NCBI RefSeq assembly: GCF_000026545.1
Contig: NC_011601.1
Direction: 5' to 3' (one strand)
Origin: Escherichia coli O127:H6 str. E2348/69
GTDB lineage: Bacteria > Pseudomonadota > Gammaproteobacteria > Enterobacterales > Enterobacteriaceae
DNA: 64,000 bases
The notes under the pieces are model-generated. The model was not told where the DNA came from and made no database searches. It saw only the letters and a program-made list of their open reading frames with translations. Shown in pieces: positions 21,118 through 29,026 of the stretch. The stretch's first letter is position 1, and every line of letters starts with the position of its first letter. A program made the translations under genes and the position numbers.

Positions 21118-22046
21118 TCTGTGTTCTCCACTAACGATGTAACATTGGCAATTGATAATTCAGGGTTGTTGGTATATTCACAGGCAAGTGCCATTGACGA
21201 ACATCCCTGCGCAAATCGAACAGAATCGATAAACGGCATACCGTCTACCCAACAGGAGGCCAGCCCCGCCATCATGGCGTCGCCTGCCCCAGTAACATTG
21301 ATGACATTCGTTTTAATAGGGGCCGACCACCCACTTTCACCGTTGATATCACTGTAGTAAACGCCATCCCCTCCCATGCTCAGCACCAGGCGGTTCAGGC
21401 CGTGTTGATGAAACCAGGCGGCGACCTTTGCGACATCTTCACGTCCGGAAAGTGCAATTCCGCTCAACGTTTCGGCTTCAAGACGGTTAGGTTTTAACGT
21501 ATGGATTTTGCTCAGATGATCGCGGATTTTGACGCATTTCCATGCCGATACCGGATCAATAAATACAGGCGTTTCCCCGCTATTTTCCAGAACCCAGACC
21601 AGCGCCTCTTCACTAAGGTTGCAATCCGCGACAATAACCTTTGCACCGCGAATAAACTCCTGATGCTGGGCAAGAAATTCTGCAGAAATACAGTCACTAA
21701 TACTCATATCATTTATCGCGACAAGCATTTCTCCTGTATTATCGAGCAGTGATAAATAGCTGGATGTATTCTCACCCGGAACAATTAAGCATTTATCGAC
21801 ATAAACACCGGATTGATTAGTTTGCGCCAGTAATGATTGCCCATAAAAATCACCACCTACTGCACTTAAAAGCCAGGCATTTTTCCCCAGTAACGCCAGA
21901 TTATGAGCGATATTCCTTCCCACGCCACCTGGGGTAAATTTAATTTTTCCGGGATTCGAATCCGCATAATTCAATGGATGATGTGAATACCCAGCCACAT
22001 CAATATTCGCCGAGCCAATAATTACTATGTAGTCCTTTTCGCGCAT
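21105..22046 (-). CDS. psuK: PsuK, pseudouridine kinase (PfkB family)
   Basis: Start placed at ATG 22046 (MREKDYIVIIGSANIDV..., 313 aa). PfkB motifs GGVGRNIAHNLALLG and NVTGAGDAMMAG. The 38 extra N-terminal codons in the track ORF are AT-rich promoter sequence. Confidence 0.93.
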   Translation of the reverse strand: MREKDYIVIIGSANIDVAGYSHHPLNYADSNPGKIKFTPGGVGRNIAHNLALLGKNAWLLSAVGGDFYGQSLLAQTNQSGVYVDKCLIVPGENTSSYLSLLDNTGEMLVAINDMSISDCISAEFLAQHQEFIRGAKVIVADCNLSEEALVWVLENSGETPVFIDPVSAWKCVKIRDHLSKIHTLKPNRLEAETLSGIALSGREDVAKVAAWFHQHGLNRLVLSMGGDGVYYSDINGESGWSAPIKTNVINVTGAGDAMMAGLASCWVDGMPFIDSVRFAQGCSSMALACEYTNNPELSIANVTSLVENTECLN

Positions 22047-22345
22047 AGCACGCCCCCTGGCAATAAATTGCCAACGAAGAAATTGGGTAAAATAGTCATT
22101 ACAGTCAATAAGACTATTAGAGCACGTGTTCAGATTTAAACACATGTTCATAATAAGCATGTTTAACGTAATGTAAATCGATCAGAAAAAACGAAATCGG
22201 CCAGATATGAAGGCGGTCACAAAATTTGTCTATTTATGCAGCAACAAAAGAGAAAGTTGTGATGTGTAACACACAATATGGCAGGCAAGAAAAAGGGCAG
22301 AGATGTTTCTGCCCTCAGATTGTTGACAATGCGCGCTTTGTTCAT

Positions 22346-22443
22346 GCTGGATGTGGCGTAAACGCCTTATCCGACCTACAAAAGCGCAAAAATTCAATAT
22401 ATTGCAGGGTTCATGTAGGTCTGATAAGCATAGCGCATCAGGC
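22346..22443. repeat. BIME: two inverted REP units in the psuK-fruA intergenic region
   Basis: REP 1 is gctggatgtggcgtaaacgccttatccgacctac (22346-22379). REP 2 is in the opposite orientation, gtaggtctgataagcatagcgcatcaggc (22415-22443). Both are close to the canonical REP consensus. Confidence 0.85.
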
Positions 22444-22457
22444 AATTTTGCGTTTGT

Positions 22458-22493
22458 CATCATCGGGGCAGAGATGTCTCAGCCCCGATGATG
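22458..22493 (-). terminator. Strong hairpin immediately downstream of fruA (probable fruBKA terminator)
   Basis: catcatcggggcagaga-tg-tctcagccccgatgatg, a stem of about 16 bp with one A/A mismatch, beginning 9 nt after the fruA stop. The U-tract on the minus strand is weak. Confidence 0.6.
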
Positions 22494-22501
22494 AAGAGAA
22501 A

Positions 22502-24193
22502 TTATGCGTTTTTTTCTACTATTTGTGTTTCCGGGCGTTTGAGGAAGGCATAGGCCAAACCCGCCACCAGCGTACCGGCAATAATTGCTACCAGGTAACC
22601 CAATACCGGCGTAATAGCGCCAGGGATCAGCAGAACAAACAGACCACCGTGTGGTGCCATCAGTTTCGCACCAATCGCCATTGAAATTGCGCCAGTCAGC
22701 GCCCCACCAACGATACAGCACGGTAGCACACGCATCGGATCACGAGCAGCAAACGGAATTGCACCTTCCGAAATAAAGCACAGACCAAGTACCAGAGCGG
22801 CTTTGCCACCTTCCTGCTGCGCTTTGTCGAATTTGCGACGCGCCACCATTGTTGCCAGACCCATTGCCAGCGGTGGCACCATACCTGCCGCCATAATCGC
22901 CGCCATCGGGCCATAGGTTTGAGTACTCAGCAGACCCACACCGAATGCGTACGCTGCTTTGTTTACCGGACCGCCCATGTCAGTACACATCATGCCACCG
23001 AGGATCGCCCCCAGCAGAACCGCATTCGCAGTCCCCATGGTCTGCAGCCAGTGAGTCAACCCATCGAGAATGCCAGCAACCGGTTTACCGATTAGGTAGA
23101 TCATCGCCAGACCGACCACCAGACTGGAAATTAGCGGAATGATCAGGATCGGTTTCAGTGCCTCCATACTCTGTGGCAGTTTCAGTTGCGTACTGATTAA
23201 CTTCGCAATGTAACCCGCCAGGAAGCCCGCAATAATACCACCAATGAAGCCAGAACCGGTGCTAACCGCCAGCATACCGCCAATCAGACCCGGCGTGAGA
23301 CCCGGACGATCGGCAATGGAGAAGGCAATATAACCTGCCAGTACCGGCACCATCAGCGCAAAGGCTGAACCACCACCAATCTGCATCAGCGCCGCTGCCA
23401 ACGTACCCGGCTCTTTAAACGCTTCGATACCAAAAGCAAAAGAAAGCGCGATACACAGACCACCTGCAACAACCATCGGCAGCATGTAAGAGACGCCCGT
23501 CAGCAAGTGACGGTAAGCACCTGCACTCTCTTTCTTACCTTCAGTGGTCGCTGTTTGAGTTTTGCCCGCCGGTTCATACGGCGTTGCTTCAGCAACCGCT
23601 TTATCCAGTTCCTGCGCAGTTTTCTTCAGCGCCAGACCGGTAGAGGTGCGATACATCGGTTTACCAGCAAATTTCGCCAGATCCACTTCGATATCTGCCG
23701 CCACAATCACCAGATCCGCTGCTGCGACTTCTTCAGGGGTGATTGCATTGCCCGCGCCAACAGAACCACGGGTTTCAACTTTCACCCACCAGCCACGTTT
23801 TTTCGCTTCGGTTTCAATGGCTTCAGCCGCCATAAAGGTGTGTGCTACGCCAGTCGGGCAAGCAGTCACCGCAACTACGCGTTTCGGACCGCTGGCAGCA
23901 ACCGGTGCTGTCGCAGCGACCGGCGCAGTGTAAGGTTTCGCATGGCCTTTGGCTTCACTCAGGAACAACTCAGGGTGCGCAACTGCCCGGGAAATATCAC
24001 CCAGCCAGACATTTTTACCGTTCAGCGCGCTGTCATTCGGGATGGAATCACCGAGAACAATCGCCATTTCTGCGTCGTTCGGATTGTCGATGATTTCCAG
24101 TTTTGCTTTTCGCGCCGCCGCGCCCAGCAGGGTCTTCGCCATATAGGCGCGTGCCTGACCGAGATTAGCGTCAATAATCAGCAGCGTTTTCAT
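22502..24193 (-). CDS. fruA: FruA, fructose PTS EIIB'BC component
   Basis: 563-aa ORF with N-terminal IIB'/IIB domains (…VVAVTACPTGVAHTFMAAEA…) and a C-terminal polytopic IIC domain. Recognised as FruA. Confidence 0.97.
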   Translation of the reverse strand: MKTLLIIDANLGQARAYMAKTLLGAAARKAKLEIIDNPNDAEMAIVLGDSIPNDSALNGKNVWLGDISRAVAHPELFLSEAKGHAKPYTAPVAATAPVAASGPKRVVAVTACPTGVAHTFMAAEAIETEAKKRGWWVKVETRGSVGAGNAITPEEVAAADLVIVAADIEVDLAKFAGKPMYRTSTGLALKKTAQELDKAVAEATPYEPAGKTQTATTEGKKESAGAYRHLLTGVSYMLPMVVAGGLCIALSFAFGIEAFKEPGTLAAALMQIGGGSAFALMVPVLAGYIAFSIADRPGLTPGLIGGMLAVSTGSGFIGGIIAGFLAGYIAKLISTQLKLPQSMEALKPILIIPLISSLVVGLAMIYLIGKPVAGILDGLTHWLQTMGTANAVLLGAILGGMMCTDMGGPVNKAAYAFGVGLLSTQTYGPMAAIMAAGMVPPLAMGLATMVARRKFDKAQQEGGKAALVLGLCFISEGAIPFAARDPMRVLPCCIVGGALTGAISMAIGAKLMAPHGGLFVLLIPGAITPVLGYLVAIIAGTLVAGLAYAFLKRPETQIVEKNA

Positions 24194-24209
24194 TATGCCT
24201 CTCCTGCTG

Positions 24210-25148
24210 TCAGTTAAAAGGTTGTAAGTCGACGCGCGCCATCATTGCGGCCAACTGCGGACGATCGGTAATACCCACATTGCTTTGACTTACCGCCAGG
24301 GCTGCAACAGCTGTCGCCAGACGCAGTGTGTGTTCACTGGATTCACGCATCAGCAAGCCATAAATCAGGCCACCAACCATAGAATCCCCTGCGCCAACGG
24401 TGCTTACGACATCGACTGACGGTGGTTTGGCGATCCATTCGCCGGAGGCATTAACCCAAAGCGCGCCTTCGGCACCCAGTGAAATAACAACATGCGCGAT
24501 GCCTTGTTCACGCAGCGCATGCGCAGCTTCAATCACATCTTTCATTTCAGGCAGTTTACGGCCTGCCCAGATTTCCAGCTCGCGGCGGTTAGGTTTCACC
24601 AGCCACGGTGCCGCTTTCAAACCTGCTACTAACGCTTCACGGCTACTATCAAAGATAATGCAAGGACACTGACTACGCAGGCGAGTCATCCAGTCGGTGA
24701 ACGCTTCCGGGCTGACGCCTGACGGTAAGCTTCCGCTGACACAGACCATATCGAACTGACCGAGCCAGCTCAGAGAATCAGTCACAAAGCGTTCCCAGTC
24801 GGCGGGGGTGACTTCAAAACCCGAGAAGTTGAAGTCGGTCACTTCGCCGTCTTTTTCCGTCAGCTTAACGTTAATTCGGGTGCGCCCCTGTACAACCTGG
24901 AAACGGTTGGCAATGCCCAGCTCGCTGAACAGTTGCTGAAAACCATCCTGATTGTCTTTACCCATGAAGCCGCCAACGGTGACATCAATTCCCAGGTCTT
25001 TTAATACTTTGGCCACGTTGATGCCTTTACCCGCCGCATGCAGACCGGTGGTTTTCACCAGGTTCACTTCGCCGCGTTCAATTTCCGGGCAGAAACCAAC
25101 AAGGTCATAAGCCGGATTAAGGGTGATAGTAGCAACACGTCTGCTCAT
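24210..25148 (-). CDS. fruK: FruK, 1-phosphofructokinase
   Basis: 312-aa PfkB-family ORF (…VSTVGAGDSMVGG…). Its ATG overlaps the fruB TAA by 1 nt (TAATG). Confidence 0.97.
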   Translation of the reverse strand: MSRRVATITLNPAYDLVGFCPEIERGEVNLVKTTGLHAAGKGINVAKVLKDLGIDVTVGGFMGKDNQDGFQQLFSELGIANRFQVVQGRTRINVKLTEKDGEVTDFNFSGFEVTPADWERFVTDSLSWLGQFDMVCVSGSLPSGVSPEAFTDWMTRLRSQCPCIIFDSSREALVAGLKAAPWLVKPNRRELEIWAGRKLPEMKDVIEAAHALREQGIAHVVISLGAEGALWVNASGEWIAKPPSVDVVSTVGAGDSMVGGLIYGLLMRESSEHTLRLATAVAALAVSQSNVGITDRPQLAAMMARVDLQPFN

Positions 25149-26278
25149 TATGCGCCCTCCCCAAGACCAGCAGCGATAGCGTCGCCAATGGCTTTCAGCG
25201 CCTGTTCAGCATCTGCACCCTGGGCGGTAAAGCGTAGGCGATGACCTTTCTTAACGCCAAGTGCCACAACTTTCATCAGACTACGTCCGTTTGCCGGTTT
25301 GCCGGTGCCATCAAGGTTTGTCACGGTAATATCACTGTTAAATTGTTTAATGGTATTGACCAGCATGGTACCTGGACGAGCATGCAGGCCGTGTTCATTG
25401 CGCACCACAAACTCCGCGCTTAACACGTCGTCGGTCGGCGCATCATCGCTGGTCAGCAGCGCCAGCAACGTTGCCGCATCCGCTTTCAGCAAGCGGTCAG
25501 CTTTATTATCGAGCAACAAATCAGCGAGACGCTTAAGAACCGCGATGGGCTGATCGTCATTCATCGCCACACTCACCAGCATGGCTGCCGTTTCGCCGTC
25601 CACATCAAAAGCATTTGCCGCACGGCTTACCGCAATCGCGCTACGCAGATTGCCTTCGGCGCTATCGCTCAGCCAGATACCCTGCCCGAGGTTCAGCGGT
25701 TGTTCATTGATGGCTTTGGTGACGAAAGTGGCGTCAACTGCCCCCGCTTCTTTCAGACGCGCAGCGTTCAGCGCCTGAAGAGTCAGCAGATCGCTGGCGA
25801 CGATATCCAGCGTCAGCATTTCGTTGTCGAGCTTCAGCTGCTCACTCTGCTTTTCGCCCATCAGCAATGCGCGAAGTTCTTCTGCTGTTGTTGCTGACTT
25901 CAGTTGTTCAGCAACGGAATCATCGCTCAGTACGTGGGTCAGCTGGCGTAGCAGGCCCAGATGTTCATCCGAGCTGGCAGCAATACCGATCGCCACGTAC
26001 GCTACCTGGCCGTCACCCCAGGTGACGCCTTCCGGGAACTGAAATACCTGAACGCCGGTTTTCAGCACCTGATCGCGGGTGTCGGTAGTGCCGTGTGGAA
26101 TAGCAATACCATTGCCGAGGAACGTTGAGGTTTGCTGTTCGCGCGCCAGCATGCCATTGACGTAGCCTTCAGCTACATTACCGGCCTGCACCAGCGCCGC
26201 AGCGACCTGGCGAATCGCCTCTTCTTTGTCTCCGGCCTTTTCGCCCGGATGGATGTCCTGTACGGATAACTGGAACAT
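25148..26278 (-). CDS. fruB: FruB, fructose PTS EIIA-M-FPr (diphosphoryl transfer protein)
   Basis: 376 aa. N-terminal IIA(Fru)-like domain and C-terminal HPr-like domain (…[14 protein letters not shown]…). Confidence 0.97.
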
Positions 26279-26299
26279 AGTTCTCCTCTCTTGCTGAAT

Positions 26300-26313
26300 T
26301 GAAACGATTCAGC
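26300..26313 (-). promoter_or_regulatory. Cra (FruR) operator, promoter-proximal (reverse strand GCTGAATCGTTTCA)
   Basis: Matches the Cra consensus GCTGAAWCGWTTCA. It lies 22-35 nt upstream of the fruB ATG and is embedded in the longer palindrome gctgaat-tgaaacg-attcagc (26293-26313). Confidence 0.85.
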
Positions 26314-26363
26314 TTCTATGAGAAAAAAGCGCCAACCTGGCTTAGGGTTAAAGACAAGATCGC

Positions 26364-26377
26364 GCTGAAACGTTTCA
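26364..26377 (-). promoter_or_regulatory. Cra (FruR) operator, distal (GCTGAAACGTTTCA, perfect palindrome core)
   Basis: Read directly; a textbook Cra box 86-99 nt upstream of the fruB ATG. Confidence 0.9.
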
Positions 26378-26644
26378 AGAAAGCATAATACTTTTGTTTC
26401 AGCACGCAAGGAAAGCCGTAAAGTTATGAGCAAAAGTTTGATGTGCTGCACAATTTTTTGTCATTTTTCCTAATTGCTGATGGGAAAATCCGTTATCAGC
26501 AATTTCATTTCAGCAGCGTCAGCAGCCAATCAGCAACAGTGAAATGGCATTTTGATTATTCGTGGCGCTTTTGATTTCGCTGTCTGTTTATTTTCTGACA
26601 AGCAGCGTAAACTCCGCGTCTTCCTCTTCCAGTGATCGACCAGC

Positions 26645-27826
26645 ATGCATAACTCCCCCGCAGTCACCAGCGCGAAATCGTTTGACCTGACCTCGATGGC
26701 GTTTTTAATCGTTGCCTTTCTCACCGGTATTGCGGGCGCTCTGCAAACCCCGACACTCAGTATTTTTCTTACTGATGAAGTACATGCCCGTCCGGCGATG
26801 GTGGGATTCTTCTTTACCGGCAGCGCAGTCATTGGGATTCTGGTGAGTCAGTTTCTCGCCGGGCGCTCTGATAAGCGCGGCGATCGCAAATCGCTGATTG
26901 TCTTTTGCTGCCTGTTAGGCGTGCTGGCCTGCACCCTTTTTGCCTGGAATCGCAACTACTTTGTTTTGCTATTCGTTGGCGTCTTTCTTAGCAGCTTTGG
27001 CTCGACCGCTAACCCGCAAATGTTTGCCCTTGCCCGTGAACATGCCGACAAAACCGGACGTGAGGCGGTGATGTTCAGCTCTTTTTTACGCGCTCAGGTT
27101 TCACTGGCATGGGTCATTGGCCCACCGCTGGCTTATGCCTTAGCGATGGGTTTCAACTTTACGGTAATGTATCTGAGCGCAGCGGTAGCGTTTATTGTTT
27201 GCGGCGTGATGGTGTGGCTGTTTTTGCCGTCGATGCAAAAAGAGCTTCCGCTGGCGACCGGCACGGTTGAAGCGCCGCGCCGTAACCGTCGCGATACGTT
27301 GCTGCTGTTTGTCATTTGTACATTGATGTGGGGCTCGAACAGCCTGTACATCATCAACATGCCGCTATTTATTATCAACGAACTGCATCTTCCCGAGAAA
27401 CTGGCCGGTGTGATGATGGGGACCGCCGCCGGGCTGGAAATCCCGACCATGTTGATTGCCGGATATTTTGCCAAACGTCTAGGTAAGCGCTTCTTAATGC
27501 GCGTTGCTGCCGTGGGTGGCGTCTGTTTTTACGCAGGAATGCTGATGGCGCATTCACCTGTCATTCTGTTGGGCTTGCAGCTGCTAAATGCTATTTTTAT
27601 TGGCATTCTGGGCGGCATCGGGATGCTCTATTTTCAGGATTTGATGCCCGGTCAGGCAGGTTCAGCCACCACGCTCTATACCAACACGTCGCGCGTGGGC
27701 TGGATCATCGCAGGATCAGTGGCGGGCATCGTCGCCGAGATCTGGAATTATCACGCTGTGTTCTGGTTTGCGATGGTGATGATTATCGCCACTCTGTTTT
27801 GCTTACTGCGAATTAAAGATGTTTAA
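26645..27826 (+). CDS. setB: SetB, MFS sugar efflux transporter
   Basis: 393-aa 12-[51 protein letters not shown]... Recognised as SetB. Confidence 0.95.
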
Positions 27827-28077
27827 GGCGCGGTCAGCATTTCCAGATCGATAAGCCAGGTCATTGCCTGCTGACGCGAGTTACCGCACATTTCAGCGCT
27901 GGCTTGTAAGCCTGCACAGACTTTCGGTCGCAGTGGCGAGGTGAAAATTTTACAGCGTTGCTGTTCATCAAGCTGAATGCAGGGCGTATTGGCGGGCTTG
28001 CCATCTGGCATACCGGGAATAGGGCTGGAAATTGAAGGGGCAGTGCAACACGCCCCGCAACCCGGACGGCATTCCAT
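27823..28077 (-). CDS. yeiW: YeiW, UPF0153 (CxxCxxCC-type) cysteine-rich putative Zn/Fe-binding protein
   Basis: Start placed at ATG 28077 ([45 protein letters not shown]..., 84 aa, 8 Cys). The 128-aa track ORF extends upstream without support. Confidence 0.85.
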
Positions 28078-28231
28078 ACGTTGTTCTCTTAAGGTTAACC
28101 ACCGGATTGATGAGCGCGCACAGTACCACCTTTTTTGCACCAGCAAAAGTGCGAATACCACTTGCCCGAAAGGCCCGTCGCGAGTACTTTGTCGCGATAT
28201 TTTTGACATTTTTGACTACAGGAATTTTTCG

Positions 28232-28804
28232 ATGCCAAGAGCGAACGAAATTAAAAAAGGTATGGTACTGAATTACAACGGCAAACTGCTGCTGGTTAAG
28301 GACATTGATATTCAGTCGCCCACTGCCCGCGGTGCCGCTACGCTGTACAAAATGCGTTTTTCTGATGTCCGTACCGGGCTGAAAGTAGAAGAGCGTTTCA
28401 AAGGTGATGATATCGTTGACACCGTGACGCTGACCCGCCGTTACGTTGACTTCTCCTATGTCGATGGCAACGAATATGTCTTTATGGATAAAGAAGACTA
28501 TACCCCGTATACCTTCACCAAAGATCAGATTGAAGAAGAGTTGCTGTTTATGCCTGAGGGCGGCATGCCGGACATGCAGGTGCTGACCTGGGACGGTCAA
28601 TTGCTGGCGCTTGAGCTGCCGCAGACCGTTGATCTGGAAATCGTTGAAACTGCACCAGGCATCAAAGGGGCATCTGCCAGCGCCCGTAACAAACCGGCGA
28701 CATTGAGCACTGGTCTGGTGATTCAGGTACCAGAATACTTAAGCCCGGGCGAAAAAATTCGTATCCATATCGAAGAACGCCGTTATATGGGTCGTGCTGA
28801 CTAA
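28232..28804 (+). CDS. yeiP: YeiP (EfpL), elongation factor P paralogue
   Basis: 190 aa [43 protein letters not shown]... with the three-domain EF-P architecture. Start at ATG 28232. The 275-aa track ORF is an unsupported extension antisense to yeiW. Confidence 0.94.
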
Positions 28805-28820
28805 CTTCAGCCGCATGCAG

Positions 28821-28851
28821 AAAAGGGATAGCTCAGGCTGTCCCTTTTTTA
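28821..28851 (+). terminator. Rho-independent terminator of yeiP
   Basis: Stem AAAAGGGA/TCCCTTTT with a 12-nt loop, followed by a T-run (tccctttttt aattt). It starts 17 nt after the stop. Confidence 0.75.
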
Positions 28852-29026
28852 ATTTATTATACCAATCTTCTATTTTGCGCTTCCTGAACACCTTACGCCC
28901 GCAATTTTCACTCGTTGATTGATCGCCCTCACACTTCATCGCATTAACAATCCAGACCAATTTCAATTGTTGTCATATAACTTTACACTGTCATTGTTAA
29001 TTAATCGTTACTAAGACGTGACTCCT

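Noticed and set aside
21105-22160. N-terminally extended ORF-track versions of psuK. The same applies to yeiB 5902, galS 4480, yeiL 18070, yeiW 28209, yeiP 27977, yeiQ 29018, lpxT 31600, yejA 35140, yejF 39034, rsuA 43362, rplY 45205, narP 50416, ccmC 56114 and napB 58509.
   Set aside because: The track reports the longest ORFs. In each case an internal ATG or GTG with an SD gives the length I recall for the known protein, or matches the onset of a signal peptide or domain. The extensions overlap upstream genes or promoter DNA.
26173-26451. 92-aa minus-strand ORF spanning the fruB start and promoter, and the 100-aa ORF at 26530-26832 antisense to the setB start.
   Set aside because: Both run across well-defined regulatory DNA (the Cra operators) or are antisense to a recognised gene start. 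No SD and no family resemblance.
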